From NCBI GenBank assembly GCA_964196475.1, contig CAXMUI010000035.1:1-52227 (forward strand): a DNA stretch of 52,227 nt, written 5' to 3'. Every line of letters starts with the position of its first letter. The first letter of the stretch is position 1. Under the pieces are notes generated by a model. That model searched no databases. It saw only the letters and a program-made list of their open reading frames with translations, and was not told where the DNA came from. This DNA comes from an uncultured Acidimicrobiia bacterium. Its GTDB lineage: Bacteria > Actinomycetota > Acidimicrobiia > Acidimicrobiales > JAHEJN01. A program made the translations under genes and the position numbers. Below are positions 38,344 through 47,257 of the stretch, in pieces.

Positions 38344-39183
38344 TTAGCGAGTAGTCGGATCGAAACCGTAAACAGCTTCGGGATTCTGCACAAGAATTTG
38401 TTGCTGGGTGCGTTGGTCCGGAATCCAATTCATGATTAACCGTTCCAGATTATCGACTGTTGGCGGCTGTATTTGACCCGGATGAGGCCAATTGGTGGCC
38501 CATAGGCAGCGTTGCGGCCACAGGCGGACTAATTCATGCACAAGCGCTGTCACATCATCGTAAGACGGTGGCCCGTCGCCTTTTGATTCATATGGGGCGG
38601 AGAGCTTTACCCACGTATCACCGGCATCCAGCAACGTCGCCAAAGCAAGGAAACTTGGATGATTCTTACCGACCGGTGGTGTGAATCGGCCGACATGGTC
38701 AATCACAAGTTGGCCGGGCAAGGAACTCAATTTTTTCGCCCGTTCAGAAAGCTCGCGACCATTCACCTGGAGTTGAACATGCCAACCAAAGTCCGCAACC
38801 TTCGCAGCAATGGTGGACATCTGGCTCCACGGCAGCACACCGCCGGGCATCATGTGAAACCGCACGCCACACACACCGACATCAGTGAGTTCGGACAACA
38901 TTGACCGAGTAGCGGATTGGTCCACCACCATGACTCCTCTGGCCCGATCGCCGAGCATTCCCATACCCGCCAACTGGCAGCGGTTGTCGAGTCCATACGT
39001 TGTGGGCTGTATGACCACCGCTCGGTCGAGTCCGAGCCGAGCCTGGATCGTCGCATACTGATCTGGTGTGGCATCGGGTGGCCGGATGGACGCTACGGGC
39101 GAGGCAGGGTAACTGGCGTCGTAGAAATGCATGTGCGTGTCACACGTACCACGAGGAAGGGCCACGTCTACTTTCCGGCCCAA
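38344..39183 (-). CDS. amidohydrolase-2 family protein (COG3618-type lactonase-like)
   Basis: CDTHMHFYD metal-binding start, later VIDHVG and WATNWPHP motifs. 279 aa. Confidence 0.85.
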   Translation of the reverse strand: MGRKVDVALPRGTCDTHMHFYDASYPASPVASIRPPDATPDQYATIQARLGLDRAVVIQPTTYGLDNRCQLAGMGMLGDRARGVMVVDQSATRSMLSELTDVGVCGVRFHMMPGGVLPWSQMSTIAAKVADFGWHVQLQVNGRELSERAKKLSSLPGQLVIDHVGRFTPPVGKNHPSFLALATLLDAGDTWVKLSAPYESKGDGPPSYDDVTALVHELVRLWPQRCLWATNWPHPGQIQPPTVDNLERLIMNWIPDQRTQQQILVQNPEAVYGFDPTTR

Positions 39184-40205
39184 AATCTTCGCAATCGGCC
39201 AGCGCCGTCAGGGTTAACGGCGCGGGGCGGCATCTCGCCGTTGAGCACAGCCGTGATTTGCTCCACGGAGCTAAGAGCTTGGGCATCTGCGTTTTGTGGT
39301 GTGAGCCCTCCGAGGTGCGGCGTCGCGACAACTCCGCGTCTTCCGGCAAGCGTCATGGAGGGACGTTGGTCGGCTGCCCAGCCCACATCCATGGCCAGTC
39401 CCCCCAGGGTTCCGTCATCCAGGGCCGCGGCTACCGCTTCTTCATCGATCAGTTCACCTCGGGACACATTGACCAGCGTCGCGGTGTGCTTCATTTGCGT
39501 TAGCTCTGGCCGTCCAATGAGGTTGACCGTTGCGTCTTCAGCCTGCGCAAGAGGGAGCACGTAGTCAGACTGGGCCAGCAAGGTACCGAGATCAACTTGC
39601 CTTCCCCGGTCCGGAGGCACGGTAACAAAGGGATCGACAATGAGTACCTGCATCCCAACCCCTTGCAATAGGTCGGCAAGATAGGACCCAATCGACCCGT
39701 AACCGATGATGCCTACGGTGGCCCCACGTAGTTGCTGACCTGGGCGTTGAGACGGTTCCAAACCATTTTGGTAGTCGGTGGTTGATTGACCGATGCTTCG
39801 CGCTGAGCTCAGCATAAGCCCGAGGGCGATTTCGGCAGTCGAGGCAATGAAGCTCTTGTCGGCATTGGCAATCAGCACCCCTGCTTCGGATGCGCTAGCT
39901 ACGTCGATGTTGCTGATGTCGATTGCACAACGGAATACGCCCAGCAGTTGCGGCAGCGCGCCAAACACCAACGCATCTGCGCCGGTAGCGCGATGGGCCA
40001 CAATGAATTCGCATCCGGTTGCAGCTTCGACGAGTTCTGGGGCGGTCAAATCACGACCCAAGGGATTGAATACAGGCTCCACAAGCTTGACCAACTCGGG
40101 TAGAGCCCGTCCGTAGTAAGCCTCGAGGTCTTCGGGGTTGTGAGTAAGAAAAGCCCGCATGAGAGCGACCATAGACGTCCAGAAGTCCGAACCGTGATTT
40201 CTCAC
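39168..40205 (-). CDS. D-isomer-specific 2-hydroxyacid dehydrogenase, NAD-binding
   Basis: Motifs GIIGYGSIGSYLADLL, NVSRGELIDE and TPHLGG. Confidence 0.9.
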   Translation of the reverse strand: MRNHGSDFWTSMVALMRAFLTHNPEDLEAYYGRALPELVKLVEPVFNPLGRDLTAPELVEAATGCEFIVAHRATGADALVFGALPQLLGVFRCAIDISNIDVASASEAGVLIANADKSFIASTAEIALGLMLSSARSIGQSTTDYQNGLEPSQRPGQQLRGATVGIIGYGSIGSYLADLLQGVGMQVLIVDPFVTVPPDRGRQVDLGTLLAQSDYVLPLAQAEDATVNLIGRPELTQMKHTATLVNVSRGELIDEEAVAAALDDGTLGGLAMDVGWAADQRPSMTLAGRRGVVATPHLGGLTPQNADAQALSSVEQITAVLNGEMPPRAVNPDGAGRLRRFWAGK

Positions 40206-40504
40206 TAACTCTTCGGGTCACGACCTCGTTGCAGCATGGCCAATCGCGCCTGAGCATTGGCATTAAGTCCTCGAACTGCCACCACTTTGGATCGGTTGTG
40301 CAGTCCGCCGATGATGGCGATATCCGCCTTGCGCACATCGAGTGCCTCGGCAAGCACTTTGATGACGGACGCGTTCGCTTTGCCATCGACGGCCGGGCTT
40401 TGGACCGACACCACTAGATCGTCGTCGACACCCCAGAGTCCGCCTACGTGGTTCTGGCGGGCGCGTGGCTTCACCCGAATAGGGAATCGAAAAGCATCAG
40501 CCAT
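40205..40504 (-). CDS. DUF167 (YggU-like) family protein
   Basis: 99 aa. The GKANASVIKVLAEALDVRKADIAIIGGLHNRSKVV pattern is typical of UPF0235/DUF167. Confidence 0.75.
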   Translation of the reverse strand: MADAFRFPIRVKPRARQNHVGGLWGVDDDLVVSVQSPAVDGKANASVIKVLAEALDVRKADIAIIGGLHNRSKVVAVRGLNANAQARLAMLQRGRDPKS

Positions 40505-41462
40505 CGTAAAGCCTGGCGTGCAGTGCTTGTACCGCCTCGGACGGGCGCATGGAACCGTTCGCTACCTGGTCGATGTGTGCTGCTCCAACGGTCCCCTCGA
40601 TCAGCATGTCAACTGTTTGTTCAAGCTGTTGTTGCAGGTGGCTGCGAATCTCGAGTCCAATTCGACGCCTTCGCCGGTCTGCAAGTTTTCCATTGGTTGC
40701 GAGTTGCTCCAAGTGCGTGGCCGCCTCAGCCAGAACTTCATCAATGCCGTCACCGGAGATACCGTCGGTATTGACAATGTTGGGACGCGAGCCGCGGCGG
40801 GCTTCATGGCCAGATACGTGGCCAAGGTCCAACATAAACTCGAGATCTCGGCGAACATCTTTAGCGCCAGGTGTGTCGCTCTTGTTCACCACGAATACAT
40901 CAGCCACTTCGAGTAACCCAGCTTTGTTGGCCTGCACGGCGTCTCCCCAGCCGGGAGCGACCACCACTAAACAGGTGTCGGCTGCGCCGGTAATATCGAC
41001 CTCGACCTGGCCGACACCCACGGTCTCGATGATGATCGGGTTGTACCCGCACGCGTCGAAGAGACGTACTGCCGCAGGGACAGCGACAGCAAGCCCGCCG
41101 GATTGACCGCGTGTCGCCATCGACCTAATGAATGAATCAGGACCATCGTCCATGCGAAGTCGATCACCGAGAATTGCGCCACCAGTCAAGGGCGAAGATG
41201 GGTCAACAGCCAAGACTGCTGGCTTCGCACCGGCTGCCACAAGCAACCTGAGCATCTGGCCAGTGACCGTCGACTTACCGGAACCGGGGGCGCCAGTGAT
41301 GCCGATGACGTGGCCGTTTCCACCAGCGGCGTGGGCCAGATCATTTACTGCTGCAGCCGCCTGGCCGCCGCGTTCGATAACGGTCAGCAACCGGCCCAGA
41401 GCGCGGCGGTTTCCCGCGATTGCTTCGTCAAAGAGAGGTTGAAGTTCGGCCACGGACCTCAT
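40497..41462 (-). CDS. meaB: B12-mutase-associated G-protein chaperone (MeaB/ArgK)
   Basis: P-loop GITGAPGSGKST, ETVGVGQ and NKSD motifs. It overlaps both neighbours (operonic). Confidence 0.9.
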   Translation of the reverse strand: MRSVAELQPLFDEAIAGNRRALGRLLTVIERGGQAAAAVNDLAHAAGGNGHVIGITGAPGSGKSTVTGQMLRLLVAAGAKPAVLAVDPSSPLTGGAILGDRLRMDDGPDSFIRSMATRGQSGGLAVAVPAAVRLFDACGYNPIIIETVGVGQVEVDITGAADTCLVVVAPGWGDAVQANKAGLLEVADVFVVNKSDTPGAKDVRRDLEFMLDLGHVSGHEARRGSRPNIVNTDGISGDGIDEVLAEAATHLEQLATNGKLADRRRRRIGLEIRSHLQQQLEQTVDMLIEGTVGAAHIDQVANGSMRPSEAVQALHARLYDG

Positions 41463-41866
41463 GCCCGATTGGCCAAGACCGCCTCGCGTACCGAGGCGAC
41501 GACCTCGTCGGCGGAGGCTCCAGGGCCCAACACAACGGCGACACCGTTGTCGTGCAGAGGTTGGACATCGTCGTCGGGAATGATCCCACCGACGACAACA
41601 GGGGTTTCCATTCCTGCATCTCGTAAAGCTTGCACCAATCGTGGGGCCAAAGTCAGGTGGCCACCATTATGCATGGACACACCAACAGCATCAGCATCTT
41701 CTTGTTCAACGGCAGCGACGATCATGGCAGCCGTTTGACGTAGCCCCAAGTAGATGACCTCCATTCCCCCGTCGCGCAAGATGCGGGCCACGACCTTAAT
41801 CCCGCGATCATGGCCATCCAGCCCGATCTTGGCAAGAACTACCCGGATTGGTTCTTCATTGCCCAT
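41459..41866 (-). CDS. acyl-CoA mutase small subunit (cobalamin-binding domain)
   Basis: 135 aa with the LDGHDRGIKVVA (DxHxxG B12-binding) motif. Confidence 0.9.
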   Translation of the reverse strand: MGNEEPIRVVLAKIGLDGHDRGIKVVARILRDGGMEVIYLGLRQTAAMIVAAVEQEDADAVGVSMHNGGHLTLAPRLVQALRDAGMETPVVVGGIIPDDDVQPLHDNGVAVVLGPGASADEVVASVREAVLANRA

Positions 41867-43506
41867 TAGACGACGGCCCGTTCCACGTAAGTTCCGAACA
41901 CACTTTCGAGTGCCATAGCAATTTCTTCCTCGGTGCAGTCTGTGCGTACGGCGTCAATCAAGGACGGCATCAAGTTGACATTTGAATCTTGGGCATCAGC
42001 GGTCAACTGGGCCAAACCGCTAGCCACGAGGTCGCTGTCGCGGGCCTGTTTAACCTGGGCCAGCCGTTCGAGTTGTTCCTTCTCGACGGCAGGATCAACC
42101 TTCAACAGTTCGGCTTGCCCCTCATCGTTTCCCTCGGTGAACGCATTGACTCCAACGATGATGCGTTGGTTGGCGTTGACCTCACGTTCGTAGCGATAGG
42201 CAGCATCGGCAATCTCGCCGACAAAATACCCATTGTCAATGCCGGTATAGACCCCCTCAAGTATTGAGCCGTTGCCAATCTCATCGAGGTGGGCGAACAC
42301 TGCCTCGGCCTGACGTTCCATTTCGTCAGTCATCCATTCGACGTAGGGTGCACCTCCAAGTGGGTCCGCCACGTTGGCAATACCAGTTTCATGAGCGACG
42401 ATTTGTTGGGTTCGCAACGCAATACGGGCGGCCTTCTCAGTGGGTAGCGCCAAGGCCTCGTCATAGGCATCAGTGTGAAGACTTTGCGTCCCGCCCATTA
42501 CCGCAGCCATCGCTTGGATGGCCACACGAGCGACGTTGATCTCGGGCTGCTGTGCGGTGAGAGAAACTCCGGCAGTCTGGGTATGAAAGCGGCAGAGCAT
42601 CGCCCGCTCAGCGGTGACGCCGTAGCGTTCTTTCATCCAGCGGGCCCAGATTCGGCGAGCGGCGCGGAGCTTGCCGATCTCTTCGAAGAAATCGTTGTGG
42701 GCGTTGAAGAAGAAGCTCAATCGCTTCCCGAAGTCGTTGACATCTAGACCCTGGGCTATGGCCGCCTCAACGTAGGCAAAGCCGTTGGCCAAGGTGAAGG
42801 CCAATTCCTGTGCCGCGGTGGAACCGGCTTCGCGGATGTGGTAGCCAGAGATGGATACTGGATGCCATCGTGGCATCTCCGCGGTGGTGAATTTAACCAT
42901 GTCGGTGACGATTCGCATCGATGGTCGTGGCGGGTAGATGTACTCCTTCTGCGCCTGGTATTCCTTGAGGATGTCATTTTGGATGGTGCCCGCAAGATCC
43001 TTGCGGGCAACTCCCCCATCCTCGGCAACGGCGACGTACATGGCCAGGATTGTTGCGGCTGGACCATTGATGGTCATTGACGTCGACACCTTCGACAGAT
43101 CAATGTCTGCGAAAAGATCGGCCATGTCCCCCACTGTGTCGATAGCTACGCCGGCGCGGCCCACTTCGCCAATGGCCCATTCACTATCAGAGTCCCGCCC
43201 CATAAGCGTGGGCATGTCGAAAGCGGTGGAAAGTCCAGTACCTCCGTGTCGCAACAGTTTCTTGAATCGCGCGTTGGTATCTTTCGCTGTACCAAATCCC
43301 GCAAACATGCGCATCGTCCAAAGCCGCGACCGATACATCGTCGGGTACACACCCCGGGTGTAGGGGTACTCTCCCGGATACGGGCCCTCGCCGTAGATCG
43401 GTTCGACCGGGATACCCGACATCGTTTCGAATGGTACGTCGCGCACGACTGCCTTGGCCAGGTCGGCATCGTCGGTCGAACGGCCAGATGATGAGGAAGC
43501 ATCCAT
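41866..43506 (-). CDS. B12-dependent acyl-CoA mutase large (substrate-binding) subunit, isobutyryl-CoA mutase-like signature
   Basis: 546 aa. Motifs RMFAGFGTAKDTNARFK, GLSTAFDMPT and TIQNDILKEYQAQKEYIYPP. Phe68 and Gln186 sit where methylmalonyl-CoA mutase has Tyr89 and Arg207. Confidence 0.9.
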   Translation of the reverse strand: MDASSSSGRSTDDADLAKAVVRDVPFETMSGIPVEPIYGEGPYPGEYPYTRGVYPTMYRSRLWTMRMFAGFGTAKDTNARFKKLLRHGGTGLSTAFDMPTLMGRDSDSEWAIGEVGRAGVAIDTVGDMADLFADIDLSKVSTSMTINGPAATILAMYVAVAEDGGVARKDLAGTIQNDILKEYQAQKEYIYPPRPSMRIVTDMVKFTTAEMPRWHPVSISGYHIREAGSTAAQELAFTLANGFAYVEAAIAQGLDVNDFGKRLSFFFNAHNDFFEEIGKLRAARRIWARWMKERYGVTAERAMLCRFHTQTAGVSLTAQQPEINVARVAIQAMAAVMGGTQSLHTDAYDEALALPTEKAARIALRTQQIVAHETGIANVADPLGGAPYVEWMTDEMERQAEAVFAHLDEIGNGSILEGVYTGIDNGYFVGEIADAAYRYEREVNANQRIIVGVNAFTEGNDEGQAELLKVDPAVEKEQLERLAQVKQARDSDLVASGLAQLTADAQDSNVNLMPSLIDAVRTDCTEEEIAMALESVFGTYVERAVV

Positions 43507-43585
43507 TGCCTAAGTGTCGCACAGAGCACCGGTGGGTCGCTACACATGTTGGACATGAGGCGTTGCGGGAAGCGGGGAGCTACGT

Positions 43586-44644
43586 CTACGCGTCGTAGTC
43601 CACGTTGACCAACGCAGTTATTGGCACGGACTGACACGTAAGCACATACCCCTGGGCAAGCTCTTCGTCGCTTAGACCGTGACTTACGGCCATCGTGACC
43701 TCACCATCGGTAATCTCGGCTCGACATGTGGCACATATTCCTCGCCGACATGACCATGGAACTTCTGGTCGGTCCCGTTCCATGGCATCGAGAATTGTGT
43801 CGTTGGCGGCCAGTTCGACGGAGGTGGTGCGTCCGTTGAGCAAAATGGCAGCGGTGGCCACAACCCCTGTTGGGCCCGTATCGACCGAAAAATCGCGAGC
43901 GGGCGTCGCGGCGTTGAATAGTTCGGTGTGAATGGCGTCGCCGTTCAAGCCACAGTGGTCAAGATGTTCGACTACAACGGCGACGAGGCCCTCAGGCCCA
44001 CAAACAAAACCATGGTCCGGGTTAACCGGCAACATTCCCGCGGCAACCAACTGCGACAGTCGGTCGGCATCCGGGCGCCCGTTCAGTAATTCAATATCGG
44101 ATGTCTCGCCGGTAAACGTGTACCAAATTCGAAAGCGACCAAGAAACAGGTTGCGAAGTGCCTCGACCTCGTCGAGCAGCATGGTGTTCGATGAAGTTCG
44201 GTTGACATACAACAAGGTGACTGCGGATTCAGGTTCGTGGTGCAAGATCGTGCTAGCAATCGCAACTATCGGCGTAATTCCACTACCGCCGGCCACCAAA
44301 AGGTACTCGCGGCTCTGCTCTGGTTCGAGCCGATGGGTAAAATCCCCCGAGGGTGGTAGCGCCTCCACGACATCACCGGGCGCCAGCACGTGGTTCGCCC
44401 AGGTAGAGAACAGCCCGGACGGGATTTCGCGGATGCCGACCGAAAGCGGGCCGTTTGGGGCCGTCGTGCAAAGCGAATAACAGCGCCTTACTGCCTGACC
44501 ACCAATTGTCGCTTGCACCGTAAGGAATTGGCCGTGGGTGAACGTCCAACCCCCTGCTTCAGGCTGCGCAAAGGTGACCACGACTGAGGTCGTGGTGTCG
44601 TGGCGGACCTCGGTCACCACCAACGGATGTAACGCGGTACTCAT
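43586..44644 (-). CDS. paaE: 1,2-phenylacetyl-CoA epoxidase reductase subunit (FNR-like plus 2Fe-2S)
   Basis: RCYSL FAD motif, GGSGITP, C-terminal CRRGICATC plant-type ferredoxin cluster. ATGA overlap with paaD. Confidence 0.88.
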   Translation of the reverse strand: MSTALHPLVVTEVRHDTTTSVVVTFAQPEAGGWTFTHGQFLTVQATIGGQAVRRCYSLCTTAPNGPLSVGIREIPSGLFSTWANHVLAPGDVVEALPPSGDFTHRLEPEQSREYLLVAGGSGITPIVAIASTILHHEPESAVTLLYVNRTSSNTMLLDEVEALRNLFLGRFRIWYTFTGETSDIELLNGRPDADRLSQLVAAGMLPVNPDHGFVCGPEGLVAVVVEHLDHCGLNGDAIHTELFNAATPARDFSVDTGPTGVVATAAILLNGRTTSVELAANDTILDAMERDRPEVPWSCRRGICATCRAEITDGEVTMAVSHGLSDEELAQGYVLTCQSVPITALVNVDYDA

Positions 44645-45138
44645 AGTGGCTTGAATCCTTCGAACGGTTCTTTACACGCGTCACAAACATGGGGGGCCTT
44701 ACACGCGGTAGCTCCGAACTCCGAGAGTCGCCGGGTCCGGATTGACCCGCACCGCGGGCATGGCGAAGGCAACGACAGCAGGGTCTCAAGGTCCTCGCCT
44801 CCCGAACCGACTGGTGGAGCGATGCCGGCTTCGAGCAGTTTCTGGCGTCCACTGGCCGTAATCCACTCCGGGCTCCATGCTGGGGCCAGGACCGTTTCGA
44901 TCGCCGGGCGAAGTCCTAACCCTTCGATTGCTGTACCAACATCTTCGATGATTACCCCCATAGCCGGACAGCCCGTAAATGTTGGTGTTAGCGCCACACG
45001 AGCGACGCCACCCTCCACTGCCACGGAACGAACAATACCGAGGTCGCCAATGGTGACCTGCGGCAACTCGGGGTCTTCGACGGCCTCGATAGCGCGCCGC
45101 ACGCGAGCCAACGACATTCCGGTCATTGCCGTTACCAC
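44641..45138 (-). CDS. paaD: 1,2-phenylacetyl-CoA epoxidase subunit PaaD
   Basis: DPELPQVTIGDLGIV (DUF59-type) and the C-terminal CPRCGS...FGATACKA...CDACKEPF motif. Confidence 0.85.
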   Translation of the reverse strand: MVTAMTGMSLARVRRAIEAVEDPELPQVTIGDLGIVRSVAVEGGVARVALTPTFTGCPAMGVIIEDVGTAIEGLGLRPAIETVLAPAWSPEWITASGRQKLLEAGIAPPVGSGGEDLETLLSLPSPCPRCGSIRTRRLSEFGATACKAPHVCDACKEPFEGFKPL

Positions 45139-45881
45139 TGTGCCCCCGGGTGGGCACGCGCCACACTTTGCATCTCTTCGATTAGTTGCTCGAAACCAGA
45201 TTGGTGCAGTCCGTCACGTCCGCCGCGCCGTTGCGCCCCGACTGGCTGCTGCAGTGTGGCCTCGGTAAAGACAGACCCGACCCCGGTGAGCCACGCTTGC
45301 TTAAAGTTCGTTGGATCGGCCCCAATGTTCTTGGCCACAACAGCGACCTCGGCATCGTCGCTGTCGAACATTGCATCGGTATACCCCCAAAGGTGATCCA
45401 GCGCAGCCTGGGCCCGTTGGTGACTTTCTTCCGTGCCATCGCCGAGGCGAATCACCCAAGACTTTGCATGCCGGAGGTGGTACGCCGTTTCCTTTGCCGC
45501 TTTACCAGCGAGTGCCGCCAGCGTGTCGTCGACGCTTTCTGTCATGGCCTGCCAGTACAAAGCGGCCCACGAGTCGTGGAGAAATTGCCGCACCATTGTC
45601 ATGGCAAAATCGCCATTCGGCTGTTCGACGAGTAGCGGATTCTGAAAATCTTCCGCCGGGCGCCAGTACGCCATATCGTCCTCGGTGCGTCCGCTGCCCT
45701 CGATCTCGCCCGCGTAGGCATAGAGCGCTCGTGCCTGTCCAATGAGGTCGAGCGAGATGTTGGCGACTGCCATTTCTTCCTCGAGCTCATGGACATGGGT
45801 TACCCATTCCGAGAGTTGTTGCGACAGCACCAGGGCACGGTCACCCTGGCGCAATAGGTAGCGGACAAAGAGGTCACTCAT
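45132..45881 (-). CDS. paaC: 1,2-phenylacetyl-CoA epoxidase subunit PaaC
   Basis: 249 aa ferritin-like protein in the canonical position between paaB and paaD (LGDRALVLSQQLSEW, ISLDLIGQAR). Confidence 0.85.
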   Translation of the reverse strand: MSDLFVRYLLRQGDRALVLSQQLSEWVTHVHELEEEMAVANISLDLIGQARALYAYAGEIEGSGRTEDDMAYWRPAEDFQNPLLVEQPNGDFAMTMVRQFLHDSWAALYWQAMTESVDDTLAALAGKAAKETAYHLRHAKSWVIRLGDGTEESHQRAQAALDHLWGYTDAMFDSDDAEVAVVAKNIGADPTNFKQAWLTGVGSVFTEATLQQPVGAQRRGGRDGLHQSGFEQLIEEMQSVARAHPGAQW

Positions 45882-46162
45882 TACATGTAATCGACTTCGT
45901 CGGGCAGCACATGAGCGGGAGGAAACCGGTAGTCCTTGTCTGCGGCGGGATCGAAGAGTTGGCCCGCGTCGGCCGGATTAGATGCCACGATGTCAGCCGC
46001 AGGTACGACCCACAGACTTACCCCCTCTGACCGGCGGGTGAACAGGTCCCGGGCCGCTTGCAGTGCCTGTTCGCCGTCGTGCGCATGCACGCTGCCTACA
46101 TGTCCGTGGCTTACCCCTCGGCGCGGACGGACAAATACTTCCCAGAGTGGACCATCCGTCAT
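45881..46162 (-). CDS. paaB: 1,2-phenylacetyl-CoA epoxidase subunit PaaB
   Basis: 93 aa with [21 protein letters not shown] and ARDLFTRR motifs. Confidence 0.9.
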   Translation of the reverse strand: MTDGPLWEVFVRPRRGVSHGHVGSVHAHDGEQALQAARDLFTRRSEGVSLWVVPAADIVASNPADAGQLFDPAADKDYRFPPAHVLPDEVDYM

Positions 46163-47157
46163 GCCGTGGCCTTCAAAACCCGTTGCTTCTCGGCGTATGC
46201 GCTGGCAGCCTCGCGCACCCAGGTGCCGTCACGATGGGCATCGACTCGACAGGCTAGACGTTCCTTGCTCATTGGACCATCGCCTTTGACCGTTTTCCAG
46301 AACTCGTCCCACGGTGGTTCACCGAAGTCGTAGCTTTGCTGTTCTTCGTTCCAGAGAAGGTCGTCGTCGGGAATCGTGATGCCAAGCACTTCGGCCTGAG
46401 AAACCGTCTGATCAATGAAGCGTTGCCGAAGCGTGTCGTTTGAGAACCGCTTAATTTTCCATTGGGTCGATTGATCGGAGTGCGCCGATGCGTCGTCAGG
46501 TGGACCAAACATCATGATCGACGGCCACCACCAGCGGTTGAGGGCGTCTTGGGCCATTTGCTTCTGTTTGGCTGTGCCTTTACACAGTGCCAACATGATC
46601 GAGTAACCCTGACGTTGGTGAAAGCTTTCCTCTTTGCATATTCGGACCATGGCTCGCGCGTATGGTCCGTATGAGCAGCGGCAAAGTGGAATCTGGTTTG
46701 TGATTGCCGCGCCGTCAACCAGCCAACCAATTGCTCCGACGTCAGCCCACGTTGGGGTCGGGTAGGTAAAGATACTGGAGTACTTCTGGCGACCTTCATG
46801 CAGCGCGTCCATTAAATCTTCGCGTGGTGTGCCCAACGTCTCGGCTGCGCCGTACAGGTACAGGCCATGACCTGCCTCGTCTTGCACCTTGGCCAGCAGA
46901 ATGGCTTTGCGCTGGAGTGAAGGAGCGCTGGCTATCCACTTACCTTCGGGCTGCATGCCGATTATTTCGCTGTGCCCGTGTTGAGCAATTTGCCGGACCA
47001 GTGTTTTGCGATACGGGTCAGGCATCCAATCGCGCGGTTCAATCGACTGGTCGCTATCGATCAGTTCGTCGAAGCGCCCCTGTCGGGCGGCTTCAGCGTC
47101 TGTGGGTTGTGTTTCAGCATGGCTCATTGGTGAGACCCCCACTTGCCATCTTGCCAT
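46159..47157 (-). CDS. paaA: 1,2-phenylacetyl-CoA epoxidase catalytic subunit PaaA
   Basis: Di-iron motifs [11 protein letters not shown] and [10 protein letters not shown]. The real start may be ATG 47127 (MSHAETQ). Confidence 0.92.
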   Translation of the reverse strand: MARWQVGVSPMSHAETQPTDAEAARQGRFDELIDSDQSIEPRDWMPDPYRKTLVRQIAQHGHSEIIGMQPEGKWIASAPSLQRKAILLAKVQDEAGHGLYLYGAAETLGTPREDLMDALHEGRQKYSSIFTYPTPTWADVGAIGWLVDGAAITNQIPLCRCSYGPYARAMVRICKEESFHQRQGYSIMLALCKGTAKQKQMAQDALNRWWWPSIMMFGPPDDASAHSDQSTQWKIKRFSNDTLRQRFIDQTVSQAEVLGITIPDDDLLWNEEQQSYDFGEPPWDEFWKTVKGDGPMSKERLACRVDAHRDGTWVREAASAYAEKQRVLKATA

Positions 47158-47257
47158 GCAAGTGCAGTCCTAGGCGCGGTCCCGGCACTCAATCGCAAAC
47201 TTTCTGTGTCCCCGCACCGATGTCGCTGTATTTCCGGCGGAAACTTTTGATGGATCG

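Noticed and set aside
47127-47157. Tandem 8 nt duplication ATGGCAAG-ATGGCAAG at the annotated paaA start (minus strand), also forming a 7 bp inverted repeat CACTTGC/GCAAGTG
   Set aside because: It is probably just ambiguity of the start codon (ATG 47157, 47149 or 47127) plus a small slippage duplication. There is no evidence of regulatory function.
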